DNA of 63,980 nucleotides, counting the filler, from Reclinomonas americana ATCC 50394 (lineage: Eukaryota): assembly GCA_048213135.1 (NCBI GenBank). It is 17 parts of 17 records of this genome, joined end to end, with 100 filler letters (N's around TTAATTAATTAA, not from the genome) between each part and the next. Parts side by side here need not be neighbours in the genome. Positions count along the whole stretch, not along the records: positions 27,123 to 32,460 come from AFZH01020327.1; positions 32,561 to 36,813 come from AFZH01020328.1; positions 36,914 to 40,278 come from AFZH01020329.1; 14 more parts are not named here. One strand, 5' to 3'. The notes under the pieces were generated by a model. That model was not told the DNA's origin. It ran no database searches and worked only from the letters and a program-made list of their open reading frames with translations. A program made the translations under genes and the position numbers. Below are positions 27,461-40,378 of the stretch, piece after piece (within the stretch, counting starts at the first letter, position 1; the number at the start of each line of letters is the position of its first letter).

Positions 27461-30400
27461 CTTGATCAACTTCAATCGCATCAACATGGCCTTCGAGGTG
27501 GCGGAGGAGGCCGTGCGTCTCCGCTGTCAACGCGCACTGGCACAGTTCAGCCGTGATCATCCGGACTTTGATGTGCGGGCGTGGGTGCAGAGTTTTACAC
27601 CTGCCGGCATGGATGTGGCGACAGTGAAGGCGTGGCGAGAGCGTCATGCCCCACTTCTACCCAATTGGGTTGCGCTGTTCAAGGAGAAGCAGTCGGTGGT
27701 GTTGGCCTGGCGTGCTGCCTTTGACGCCGACCCCTCATCTGACCCCCCGTGTGACGGTTTCGACACGACGGCACTCTCCTCCATCATGTCATATGGTGGC
27801 TTTGTTCTGGAAGACGGTCGCAAGCTGCTGTTGATTGACGATGCAGATGAACGGAAAGCTGTGCAAGAGCTGCACAGTTTCAGAAACAAGCTAAGACATG
27901 ATGAGATGCCGTTCATAGACGCTACTGTGGAGCAGTTTCTGGGTGACGATGGCGTCTTCCTAACTACCCTCTCCCGACTGCAGTTGACTGCTGACGAGCG
28001 TGACCGATTCTGTGCTCGTATCTGCGAGGCACGTCACGCTCGACTCACCATGGACACATTCGAGGAGCGACTGCATCGACTGGCCGTGCGTGAGACGGCC
28101 TATTATCACGAAGATGACAGTGTGCGCAAGGACATGCAGATGTATGTGCCACTGCTGTGCTCTCGTGATCGTGACGTCTCGACGAGTGACAAGATGACAG
28201 ATCTGTTGACGGAGGTGGATGCTTTCCTCTCCGACACCAACACCACTCAACGTGTGCTGGTGCTGTTTGGTAACAGTGGCGCAGGCAAGACCACCACCAT
28301 GTCGGTACTGGCTGAGCGAGCATGGCGGCAATGGCAAACGAGGGAGAGTCGACAAGTGCCTGTGCGTGTGCCTCTTGGTGCTTTGCGCAATGCCGATGAG
28401 CGACTGTTGGAGGAGGCACTGGAGCGACTGTCGCCCGAGTTGGGATTCAGTGAGTCGGATGTGCGGCGATTAAAGGAGGAGCCACTGCTGTTGCTGCTTG
28501 ACGGGTACGACGAGTTGTACCGTGGTGTGAATCTGTTTGTCAAGAACCAGCTGGATGTGTGTCGCGAGGTGAAGGTAGTTATCACCTGTCGGAGCGATTA
28601 CGCACTGCCGGCACTGGGTGGTGTGACGCAGTATCGACGGTACTTTGCACCGGTGGATGCACGAGGACAGTTGTGCATGCAACAGCTGATGGAGCGACAC
28701 ATTGCTCCGTTCAACAAGGAGCAGATTGAGGAGTACTTTGAGCGGCTGGTGCGAGTGGGTGGTGATGATTGTGATGACGGTGAAGCGCGATGGTCGACTG
28801 CCGAGGAGTATATTCGTGCACTGGAGGGTGTATATGGACTGGATGCGCTGGTGTCGAATCCATTCATGCTGACCGTGGTGGCTCACGTGCTGCCGCAATT
28901 GGTGGCAAGTGCAGTGCAGCGACCGACTCAGCGCGATGTGTTTGACCGATTTATTCGACAGTGGATTGAGAGGGAGCAGGAGAGGCAGACTCGTCTCGGT
29001 GCAGAGCGTGTGCCGAGTGAGGAGACATGTTTGGCATTCTGTGAGGGACTGGCACGGTTGATGCATGAGAGGAATGTGGTGCGTGTGTCTGTGACGGAGA
29101 GTTGGTCAGGTGATGGTGGTGGGGAGGAGGATGACTTTGGTGGTGCGCCTACTGCGGCAGTGCAAGCGCGACCGTTTGAAAAGTTTCTCGGTCACAAGAA
29201 CCAGCATGTGCGAGTGTGCTGTCCGATTGTGCGACGGTATGGAACGACGCAGTGGGGATTCGTGCATCTGTCGTTGCTGGAGCACTGTGTGGCGCGGCAT
29301 GTGTTTGCGTGGGAGACGTGGGATGAGGAGAGGAGATTGACGATAGAAGATGTGCAACAGCATGTGTTGGCAGTGCGACTGCTGAATGATCGACCATCGT
29401 TGGTGGAGCAGATGGCCGAGGTGGTGCGCCGATCACCCAAGGTACAAGACAGACTGTGGGAGGTGATTGAGTTGTCACGGGAGGTGGATGAGGAGCGATT
29501 GGTGACGGCAGCAGCGAATGCGGCAACGGTGTTGTGTGTGGCAGAAGTGTCGTTTAGTGGACGAGATCTGTCGGGTGTGCGAGTGAGGGGTGCGGATTTG
29601 AGGGATGCGGTGATGCACCAGACGGTGTGGAGGGGTGCGGATTTGAGAGGGATGAATGTGTGCATGGCGTATGCGAGGGAGGTGGATTTCAGGGGGGCAG
29701 ATGTGACGGGTGTGAAGTGGCCGAGGATGCCCATAGTGGGTCACACGGATGGGGTGTATGCAGTAGCAGTGACACCAGATGGTCAGCACGTTGTGAGCGG
29801 GAGTGCGGATGGGACTGTTCGGGTGTGGTCGGTGGTAAGCGGCGAGGAGGTGCGCCGACTGTCAGGCCACACGGCTCGGGTGTGGGCAGTAGCTGTGACA
29901 CCCGACGGCCAGCACATTTTGAGTGGCAGTGAGGACAAGACTGTACGGGTGTGGTCTGTGGCAAGTGGCGAGGAGGTGCGCCGACCGGAAGGCCACATGA
30001 GTTGGGTGTTCGCAGTGGCATCGACACCCGATGGGCAGCACATTGTGAGTGGCAGTTGGGACAAGACTGTACGAGTGTGGTCACTGGCAAGTGGCGAAGA
30101 GGTGCGACGACTGGAAGGCCACACGAATGGGGTGTATGCAGTGGCAGTGACACCCGATGGCCAGCACATCGTGAGTGGCAGTTATGACAAGACTGTACGG
30201 ATGTGGTCACTGGCAAGTGGCGAGGAGGTACGACGATTGGATGGCCACACGAGTTTGGTGTATGCAGTGGCAGTCACAACCGACGGCCAGTACATTGTGA
30301 GTGGCAGTTGGGACAAGACTGTACGGGTGTGGTCGCCGGCTAGTGGCGAGGAGGTGCGACGGTTCGAGGGACACACTGACGACGTGTTCTCTGTCGTTGT

Positions 30401-31532
30401 CGCTCCCGATGGCCAGCATATTGTGAGTGGGAGCAAGGACAGCACCGTGCGTGTGTGGTCATTAGCGAGTGGGGAAGAAGTACGTCGATTGGTGGGACAC
30501 GGCAAAGCAGTGCTGACCGTCGCTTGCACTCCCGATGGCCAATTCATTGTCAGTGGGAGTGCAGACAAGACTGTGCGTATATGGTCTGTGGTGAACGTTG
30601 AGGCCGTGCGACGGTCGGAGGGGCACACCCGTGCGGTGCAGTGTTGCACAGTAACTCCCGATGGTCGGTGCATTGTGAGTGGCAGTCGTGACAAGACAGT
30701 GCGATCATGGTCCGTGGCGACTGGTGAGGAAGAGCGACGATTGTCGGGGCGAAGTCATGCGCTCTCTGTTGCCGTCATACATCAGCTTGTTGTGTTTGGG
30801 ACTTTGGGAAAGACAATTCCAGTTTGTTCACTTGCGAGTGGAGATGTAGTGCGACGACTGGAAGGACACACTGGCTTGGTGCAAACTGTCGCTGTCACAT
30901 CCGACTATCAGTACATTGTGAGCGGCAGTGCAGACTCAACCGTGCGAATATGGTCTGTGGCGAATGGAGAAGAAACGCGGCGATGTGAAGGACATACTGA
31001 GGAAGTCCTTTCTGTCGCCATTTCTCCTGATGGTCAGCACGTCGTGAGCGGCGGGGCCGACAAGACAGTGCGAGTGTGGTCATTTGTGAGTGGTGAAGAA
31101 GTGCGCCGGTTGGAAGGGCATATCGATGCAGTGCATTCTGTTACCGTCACTCCAGATGGCCAGCACATTGTCAGTGGAAGTGCCGACAACACCGTGCGTT
31201 TGTGGTCATTGACAACTGGCGATTTGGTGCGGCGATTTAATGCCCATATTGGACAAGTGTTTTCAGTTGCCATCACGCCCGATGGAGAGCACATTCTGAG
31301 CGCAGGCTGGGACAAGGTCGTGCGAGTGTGGTCCGTGGCGAGTGGCTTGGAGATTCAACGCTTTGAGGGACACAACGATCCGCTGTTATGTGTCGCCGTA
31401 ACTGCCGATGGGCAGCACGTTATCAGTGGAGGTGCTGACAGGTCGCTGCGTGTGTGGTCACGGGCTGGAATGCTTCAGCGAATTATTGGCTCATTCCTCC
31501 CCGACTTCACTGACGTCAAAAAAGATTCGTGA
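27461..31532 (+). CDS. NLR-like STAND protein: HEPN-like domain + NACHT + pentapeptide repeats + 14 WD40 repeats (single ~4.07 kb exon; first ATG 27486, small upstream exons possible)
   Basis: FDTTALSSIM...RKAVQELHSFRNKLRH (27882-27899). Walker A GNSGAGKT (28269-28292), Walker B LLLLLDGYDEL, VVITCR, SNPFML, WGFVHLSLLE. Pentapeptides after AAANAATVL: SFSGRDLSGVRVRGADLRDA. WD40 array ~29730-31470. Confidence 0.93.
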
Positions 31533-31775
31533 ATGAAATCGTTGCTCTGAAAAGATCTCATCTGCACTGGCTGCTTTTGGAACACTTGACCCTTGTTCCA
31601 GTCTTCTCGAATCAACAACTCAGGCACCTTGACAATACGTCCAAGACCTAGTTCTAGATGAGCTCCCAAGACTGTTTGCGGCATCAACAAGCCCACAGCT
31701 ATCTAGTCATTCTACGATTTCTGTGCAACTTCTTTCGTCCGCAAAGAAACTTACAACAAACCATTCCACATTCAT

Positions 31776-34067
31776 TCACGGTAATCTCCGCTTGCTGTGC
31801 TGCTCCAGCAGCGCCGTGCACCTCGCTCTCCTGTCCTCCGCCGACCACAGCTCCGGATACTGCCATCACCAACAGAGTCAGCAGAGACTTCAACGAACTC
31901 GTCAACAATAAACACACTAACCATCATCGCCAACTTGGTGACCTTCTCGGCATGTGTGGGAATGAAATTCCAGTGAATAATATACGTGAGCTGCAAGTTC
32001 TCCGTGAGCTGCAGGAGGTCGTTCTGGTGCCTGAATGCAAAGTGGCCTGCGAGGGGCACAGCGACAGTGCGGTTAGTCGAGGGTCACGGAATTCTATCAA
32101 TCGATAGCTCGACCCACTCTCTCTCCCATCCATGCCTCAAAAAGAAAGATGCCCGCATTCCCAACCTCTATGATAGAACCGACAAGCAACCCTCAGCACA
32201 ACCTTGCCTCACTCAGTCACTCCAAGCTTCAAAAGAAAGTGGCATGGACAAACGTCCTACTCTCAATCAACGTATAGAAGAAAGAGACGCTCACTGTCCA
32301 CGTGAGAAGTTATATATGACTCGCATCCCTTATCATTCTCGTGTGTCACTCGTCGACGTACAAGTCGCTCAACATCACACCTCGTCATCAACACTGCACA
32401 GCCCCACAAACAACAGAGAGGAAAAGCAACCGCGTCAGCAGACATGGAAGGGTACAACCANNNNNNNNNNNNNNNNNNNNNNNNNNNNNNNNNNNNNNNN
32501 NNNNTTAATTAATTAANNNNNNNNNNNNNNNNNNNNNNNNNNNNNNNNNNNNNNNNNNNNTTCCCCCTGTCCATCCCTCCCCTTCCCCTCGCCCCTTCCC
32601 CTGTCCCTCCCCCTCCTTCCCCTCGCCCCTCCCTTCCCCCTCCCTCCCCTTCCCCTCCCCCCTTCCCCCTGTTACCCCCCCCCCCCTCCCTTCCTCACCA
32701 CTCGGAAACTGCAACGGATGCAACGTGCACACCCGCACCGACTTCTTGCCACCCGTTCCCACCGCCACCGGCGCCTCCATGTACCTCGCCCGCATGTGCG
32801 CCTCATTCCACCCCCCATCCAGCTCCGCAAACCGCGCCGACCCACTAAACACCCCCTTTTCCCGCAGCACCGCCTGCAGCGTCACCTGATCGTTGTCGCC
32901 GGAGGTAAGGTTGATCTGCAGCCACCGATCGTAGAGCGCCACCGTGCGCGGACTGGCCGTCACAAAGTAGATGCCGGCGTTGTACATGCCCGGCGCCTGC
33001 CGCACGTACTTGTCGAGGTCGGTGCGCTTGCCGGTGTTGTACTCGTCGTCAATGGCAAACGTCACGTCGCACTGAGCGAGGTCGGGGAAGGCGAGCAGCG
33101 GGCGCAGCAGCGACGTGTCGGCGTCCGCGTGGAAAATGGCGAATCCGCGATACAGAATGTGCCGCATGAGAATGTCGCGCTTCTTCAGCATCTCGCGATA
33201 CAGCGCCGAGTTGAAGCGCTGCGGCTGATTATCCAGCGCGAAGAACGACGGCGAGAAGAACACCGCCGCCTGCCCCCGCGACGCAAAGCTCTCCGTCAAG
33301 TGCGCCGTCAGCGCCTGCGTCCATGACAGGATCAGAATGCCGCCAAAGCCCGGCGCCGCCGGCACCGCCGGCAGCAACCCGAAATCGAGAGCATTGCAGA
33401 GCCAGTTGTCGAGAAAGTCGTTGAAGCCGCCCGACGCCTCCGTCACCACCAGCACCGAGTTGCGCGGGAACTGCAGCAGCACGCGATCCAGCGCCTCCGC
33501 CACCTCCCGCTTCATGTACTGCGAGTCCTCGGCCGGTGGATCAAACGGAGTCGGGTCAATGTCGCCTGTGGGCACCGGCAACGCGATGGGCTCCTCTGTG
33601 GGTGGCGGAGGATCGACAACAGGCGGCGATTCCTCCACAGTTGTCGCCTTGTCCTCCTCCTTGTCTTGTGGCGGTTGCTCCACCACTGGTTCCTCCTTTG
33701 CAGGTGGGGGCGGTGGAGGTGGAGGAGGTGTCTCCACAGGCACCTCCTCCTCCTCCGTCACAGTAGTCGCGTTCTTGTCTGACTCCTCCGCGACCTCCAG
33801 CAGCGATTGGGGGACTTCGGCATCGGCCGCTGCATCGACGCGATCGAGTGCGGCGACCCACTCTTCCCGCGCACGATCCCTCTGCTTGGTGAGTTGTGCG
33901 GCGAGATTCGCTGCCACATGTGCCACGTGCGACTCGGTGCTCTGCATCTGTCGCGTGATCAGAATGTGCACCGCCAGCATGAGGGTGGCGGTGAGCGCCA
34001 GTAGTAGAGGCATGGAGCAGCGGCGGAAGGGCCGTAGTGCCTCTGAGGTGGGAGTGGTGAGACTCAT
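31776..34067 (-). CDS. Nucleotide-diphospho-sugar transferase (GT77-like), type II membrane protein; spans the 32461 gap
   Basis: TM helix and Pro/Glu stem, then FHADADT (DxD), YNAGIYF, NDQVTLQ, LHPLQFPSG. A phase-1 join continues into HFAF...IIHWNFIPTHAEKV (31922-32046) and the last exon YPELW...* (31776-31859). Confidence 0.88.
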
Positions 34068-34244
34068 TTCGCGCGTGGAGGAACGAGAAAAAACGACGCA
34101 CAGGACGCGGTGACGTCGAGGCGTTTGTTCGCTTCGAAATGAGAGGGAGTAGGTGTGTGGTGGGTGGTGGGTGGTGGGGAGTGTGTGGTGTACCATGGGA
34201 GATGTTGTGAGTGGTCGCGGAAGGAGAAAGGTGAGAAAGAGTGA

Positions 34245-35800
34245 CGGGACAGACCAATGTGTCAAAGTGCAGAAAGCTGTTCGCCTCTTCCTCTGCTCTC
34301 CTGGCAGCGTAAAAGTGTGGCACGTGTTGAGGTAAATGCAACACACGTGCTATGCAAGCGGCAGCGACAGGAATCGCTTGCACCCCGAGCTAGCGGTGAA
34401 ACAGTCGCGGGACGTCGACAGACCCATGTGTCCGAGTGCAACAACCTTTTCGCCTCTTCCTGTGTTCATGTGGCGACGGAAACGTGTGGCACGTGTTGGC
34501 GGACATGCAATACACGTGCTCTGTGAACGGCAGCGATAGGAAGTGCTTTCCTCCCGAGCAAGTCGTACAACAGTCGCCGGACAGACCAATGTGTCGGGGT
34601 GTACAAGCAGTCTGCCCTCTTTCTCTGCCCATCTGGCAACAGAAACGTGTGGCAGGTGTCGCGGCACAAGCTACGCACTTGTACCTTTTGGCGGGAGCGA
34701 CAGGAAACGATTGCACCCGGAGCTAGTGGTGAAACAGTCGCGGGACAGACAAAAGTGTCCGAGTCACAGCCCGTCCTCTTCCCGTCTTGCAATGGCGACG
34801 AAAACGTGTGGCTCGTGTTCCTACATAGAGGGTGCACTTGTGCCCTTGGCGGAAGTGACAGGAAATGGTTGCATCTTGAGCAATTCATGAAACCGTCACG
34901 GTAAGCTGTATGCGCTCTCCCTCTGCTCACGCGGCTGCGGAAACGTGTGGCCCGCATTGGCGCACATGCAGCGCACTTGTACCCTTGACGGGGGCGAGAG
35001 AAGATACCTGCACTCCAAGCAAGCCGTGAAACCGTCACGAAATGCACTTCGTGGCTATGGAGTTGTCCGCGCTCTTCCTGCGTTCATGCGGCACCAAAAA
35101 TATGTGGCACATGTTTCGCGATACCCCCTGCACTTGGGCATTCGCTGCTGCCAATCGAGCACACTCCCTTCCCGAGTGATTCACAAAACACTTGCCGGAC
35201 AGACCGATATTTGACATGTACACTTCGGTGAGTTGTTCTCACTCTCCCCTTCTCTCCATCGCAAAAAAAGGTGTTTTGCGTTGCAGTGTGCCTTCGCAAT
35301 CTGGCCCTCTGCCAGAAGGGACTGCCCCCTCTTCCCGCAGGAGAGATGCAAGAAACCGTCAGCGGACCTGCGTTGTGTCCGAATTCGAGTTCGCAGCGTC
35401 ACCCACTCTCTCCCAGCTTCTCTATCGCTCCAAGAATATGCAGCACATGTTGCCAGATCCTAGATGAACGCTAGCCTCCGCTGCAGCCGATCGAGCACTC
35501 TCCCACCCCGAGTGAATCACAAAACTGTTCGGACAGATCTAGAACATTTCGGGAGTTGTTCTCGCTCTCCTTTTCTCTCCATCGCACAAAAAGCATGTGG
35601 CCTGCGTTGCAGCGTACCCCTCCCACTAGCACTTCCGCCAGAAGGGACTGCCCCCTCTTCCCGCAAGAGGGAAGCAAGAAACCAACAGCGGACCACAGTT
35701 GTGTCCGAAACGTCACCCCCACTCTTCCAGCCCCGCTATCGCTCCAAAAACTTGTGGCACTCGTTACCTAGCCATTGATGCACATGCTCCTCCGCTGCTG
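34245..35800. repeat. Degenerate tandem array (~165 bp unit, decaying into a ~335 bp duplicated block) between divergent genes
   Basis: gacagacc.atgtgtc...aaacgtgtggcacgtgt...gcgacaggaa at ~34248, 34417, 34580 and 34744. ccagaagggactgccccctcttcccgca at ~35312 and ~35638. Confidence 0.8.
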
Positions 35801-36147
35801 GCGGCACTGCACTATCCCCTTCACAGCAAGTCGCAAAACAGTCACCCGACGTCGCACAATCAATGTATTCCACTTTTTCCACGCCTTGCCAAACAGTCAC
35901 TTGCCGCACATAGTGCACCACTTCCTATCCCATCACCGCCCTTCCCCTCTTACCGACGTCGCCTTCCCCCGCTTGTCCCACCGCCCGATGACGTCATCGC
36001 GTGGGCGTTGAATCAACAATCGCGCACTCGCTTTGATCCGCAAAGACAACCCGCTGCTGCTGCTGCGCATTCAACCACAGTCTCTCTCATTGCAGTAACC
36101 TAAGAAGAGAACACACACACGCACGCGTGGAAGGAACAACATCAACA

Positions 36148-38039
36148 ATGGCCAATCGTGCAGTGCTTCAGGTCTTTGAGGCCTATCAGAAGGCACGCGT
36201 CAACTTTGTGCAAACAGTCGCCGAGTTGGCCAATCGGTGAGCACACACACACTCTCTCACTCACACACTCTTTCTCTCTCCCTTTCTCTATCTCTGTGAG
36301 TGCGACCAGTGACAGTTCATATATATCGTCCGTTTACATGACTCAGGGCGTTTACTCACCTCTCCTCTTCACACACACACAGACCGGAGAACATTGAGGC
36401 TCTCCAGCATGCAGGCGCCATGGCCTTGCTCCGCCCACTCCTCCTCGTTGCGTCTCCCCTCACACACAAAACACACACAGACGCACACGTGAGAGGGAAA
36501 TGGCCATGACTGACTCTCTCTCACTCTCTCTCACACACACACACTCTCTCTCTCTCGCACTCTCTCTCACACACTCACTCTCTCTCTCTCTCTCTCTCTC
36601 ACTTTCTCTTGCAGGACAACGTGCCCTCGATTCAACAAAGTGCGGCCATGGCACTCGGTCGACTGGCCTCCTTCTCTGAGGAACTCGCCGAGGCCGTCGT
36701 CAGTGGAGAGATCCTTCCGCAATTGGTCTACTCGTTGTCCGAGCAGAACGTTTCGTCAGTTTCCTCCCGCGCGCACATACGCATGGTGTCCGCTTACATA
36801 GTGCGCATTTTACNNNNNNNNNNNNNNNNNNNNNNNNNNNNNNNNNNNNNNNNNNNNTTAATTAATTAANNNNNNNNNNNNNNNNNNNNNNNNNNNNNNN
36901 NNNNNNNNNNNNNCTCTGCTTCCCCCCTCTGCTTCCCCCCTCTGCTTCCCCCCTCTGCCTCCCCCCTCTGCCTCCCCCCTCTGCCTCCCCCCTCCCCTTC
37001 CCCTTCTACCCTTTCCCCCTCTTCCTTTTCCTCTTCTTCCCTTCCCCCTCCACCCCCTTTCCCCCTCTACCCCTTTCCCCCTTCTCACCTCCCTTTCCCC
37101 CCTCGATAGGTGTGCTCTTGCCTCGCCCAAATCGCCAAACACTCGTTCGAGCTGGCCGAGTTGGTGGTGGAGGGCGAGATCTTCCCGAAGATCTTCAACC
37201 TGCTGAAGGACCTGGACGAGGTGGTGCGCAAGAACGCCGCCACCTGCATCCGCGAGATCAGCAAGCACACGCCCGAATTGGCGCAACTGGTGGTTTCTTC
37301 GGGTGCTCTCGGCGTCATTGTCGACTATGTGGGCGAGACCAAGGGCAACAACCGCCTGCCGGGCATCATGACTCTCGGCTACATTGCTGCCTTCTCCGAC
37401 GCCCTCGCACAACACGTGATTGCCAATGGCGGCGTGGTGCCGCTGGCGCAGGCGCTGGACTCGGAGAAGGAGGATCATTTGCGAGCGGCGGCCGCCTGGT
37501 CACTGGGTCAGATTGGTCGCCACTCGTCCGAGCACTCGAAGGCCGTGACCGACGCCGAGGTGTTGCCACTGCTGCTCGATGCGTTCCTTGACCCGCAATC
37601 GTCGGACGACTTGAAGACCAAGGCCAAGCGCGCACTGAAGTCGGTGGTGCAAAAATGCCTCCACTTGCCGGCGCTGCAACCACTGCTCTCGCGCGCCCCC
37701 GTCAACATCCTCACACACGTCACTGGTCAGTACGCCAAGGTGCTGCCGGGCGATCGGACAGCAAGACGAGCGTTTGTGTCGGACGGTGGACTGGAGATGC
37801 TGCAGCGCATTTCCGAGCACGCACCCGAGGGCTCTGAGTTGCAGTTTCGTTGCTCTTCCTCACTGCTCTCCCACTCTCTCTCTCTTTGCTCGTGTGCTCA
37901 TCATGATTGTCCGTGTTACAGAAAGAACATTGACACGATCAACGCATGCTACCCCGACGAGATTGTCAAGTACTACTCACCCGGCTTCTCCAAGAACTTT
38001 GACAAGCTCATTGACAACTACGCACCTCCACTCGAGTAA
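36148..38039 (+). CDS. SPAG6: Axonemal central-apparatus armadillo protein PF16/SPAG6; middle exons missing in the gap
   Basis: MANRAVLQVFEAYQKARVNFVQTVAELA, LLRPLLLDNVPSIQQSAAMALGRLA, RLPGIMTLGYIAAFS, SSDDLKTKAKRALK, INACYPDEIVKYYSPG. Confidence 0.96.
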
Positions 38040-38187
38040 TAATTACCACGGCGACAACAACAGAAGCTTGTTGCTTGTTGTTGTGAATGATTGTTCTTTT
38101 TTCCGAGTAGTGAAGGCAATGAAAAGTGTACATTGTTTCTGTCAGTGTCCTCTCTCTTGTTGTTTGTTTGTTGAAGAAGATGTGGCG

Positions 38188-40278
38188 ATGCGCGACCGTC
38201 GAGTGCCACTCTCTCGCGTGTTGCAAGTGGCGACTGTGATGCTCCTTGCGATGCTCATGGTGTATGTGCTTGTTGTCACTCAGAAGAGAGTTTCGTGTGA
38301 TCTCCCAGTGTGTCTCTCTACGTGTGCATGTGCTGACGCTGATTGCTCTCTCTCCCTCTCTCTTCTTCTTCTTCTCTTCTTCTTGTTAGCGTGATAACGA
38401 GAGTGTGGCCGTGAGTGATGCGACTCTGCAGCGCATTGATGCAAGCGAGAATGATTGCGATGATGATCAAGTGGGATTTCCGTGGTCGCTCTTTGGGATG
38501 GACGAGTCGGCGACGCCTGTGCTGTTGAAGGCGCCGTTTGTTGCGGTGAGCTTGGTGGGGAGTTTGCTCTCTCTCTCTCTCTCTCTCTCTCTGTGCCTCT
38601 GCTTGTCACTCAGTTTCTGTCTTCCTCTTGATCACTCTCCCTCTCTCTGTCCTGCTTCTCTGCATTGCCATCGCTCTCGCAGCGTCTCTTGACTTCTGAG
38701 CCTTCCTTGCTCATATGTTTCCTTCCTTATCTTTTTTTCATTCTCTGCCCCTCGCTCTGTCTCTGTGTTTCACTGCTTCTCTGCATTGCCATTGCTCTCG
38801 CAGCGTCTCTCGTGTGCCTCTGCTTGTTACTTGCTTCTCCTTTCCTCCTCGCATACTCATTACTCTCCTCCCTCTCACCTTGCCTCTTCTCTCCTCCGTC
38901 CCCGCAGTCCATCAACACCAGCGACTGGCTGCTGGTGAGCGAGGACAGCGTGAGTCTGCAATCACCACGAACGGGTGCCTCGCGAGTGCTGGTGGAGAAC
39001 GATGCAGTGTTGTTCAGCGACGGTGGCATGTGTGGCGTGACGTTGCAGCGGTTGCCGCATTTTGACTTGGTGCGTGTGTGTGAGGCGAGATGGTGCACTT
39101 GTCTCTCAGATCACTGACACTTGGAAGTGCAGCCTGCCGACTTTTGTGTCGCGGCACCGATCCGGGCGCCTCGCAATCGACCGCACGAGTTGGGCTCACC
39201 TGTCATCACCAAGGACGACGGTCGAGTCATGTGTCACGACAAGAGTGGTCCTGTGCTCTCCTTTGTGGCCACGGTGCACAATGCGGTGCGTGATATGACT
39301 GTCTGGAGGAAGAGAGAGGAGCCTCTCCTCATACCATGTTCCTCCCGCTCGCAGCTGGTGACACCAGATGGCAGGGTGTTCACTCGACAGCACATGTGGG
39401 CGTCGCATCGGCTGGATGGGGTCGATCGTGATGCGTCGTACTCGTGGAAGACCACCGAATCGGTGGTGCTCGCCGACACAGTGGTATCATTGGTGCAGCA
39501 TCACGGCGACGCCTTCTATCACCTGCTGGGAGAGGTGCTGCCGCGCTTCATGCAAGTGTGGGACGTGGTGCGCGAGCACGAGTCGCACGCCCTGCTCCTC
39601 GTGCGTGACAATGCGTATGGATCGCACGTGGTGTATGACTTTTTCGCACTGCTGGGCATTGGCAGGGACAGGGTGCGATGTGGTGTGCATGGCCTGTTCC
39701 TTTCACGTCGGAGAGCTCATTCCTGTTGTCGCAGATCCTTCTGAATCCACTCGCAGTGTTGGCGCGACGAGTGCTTGTTGCGCAGGGTGTGCGGGGAGGC
39801 GCCGCGCAGCCAGCCTTGTTGCACGAAATGTCTCGCGTGTTCCACTCGCTGCATGGCGCGGCTTTGCGTGCGCAGGTTCAGGAATTTCGAAGCAGTTGCG
39901 CATGTTGAGCTTCCCCTATTCACCAGCTGGCAAGGTCTCACCATCGCGACAGAGCATGATGAAGAGTGGCGCCAATCGGCTCTTCACAATGGTCGTCCTC
40001 GACTGTACGTACTGGTCATCCAACGACCGGGCACTCGAACCCTGACCACGATGGAGAGGGCATGTACTTCTTCTCGCACTTATGCCTTCGTTGTCTCTGA
40101 CGATTCTTTGTGTGTGGCACAGGTCCTGTCGCTCATTGGCGAGGAGTTCCCGCACTGGCATGTCTCCTCGTTCGACACCGCCCAGTCGGCACTGCACAGC
40201 GTGGCACAGTTTGCTCGCAGCGACATCGTGCTGGGGCCGCACGGAGCAGCCTTTGCGCATCGCGCCTTTCTCGCACGA
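38188..40278 (+). CDS. Glycosyltransferase family 61 (DUF563)-like type II membrane protein, 3' truncated by gap
   Basis: N-terminal TM helix; DAFYHLLGEVLPRF; VLVIQRPGTRTL; QFARSDIVLGPHGAAFAH. Confidence 0.85.
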
Positions 40279-40378
40279 NNNNNNNNNNNNNNNNNNNNNN
40301 NNNNNNNNNNNNNNNNNNNNNNTTAATTAATTAANNNNNNNNNNNNNNNNNNNNNNNNNNNNNNNNNNNNNNNNNNNN

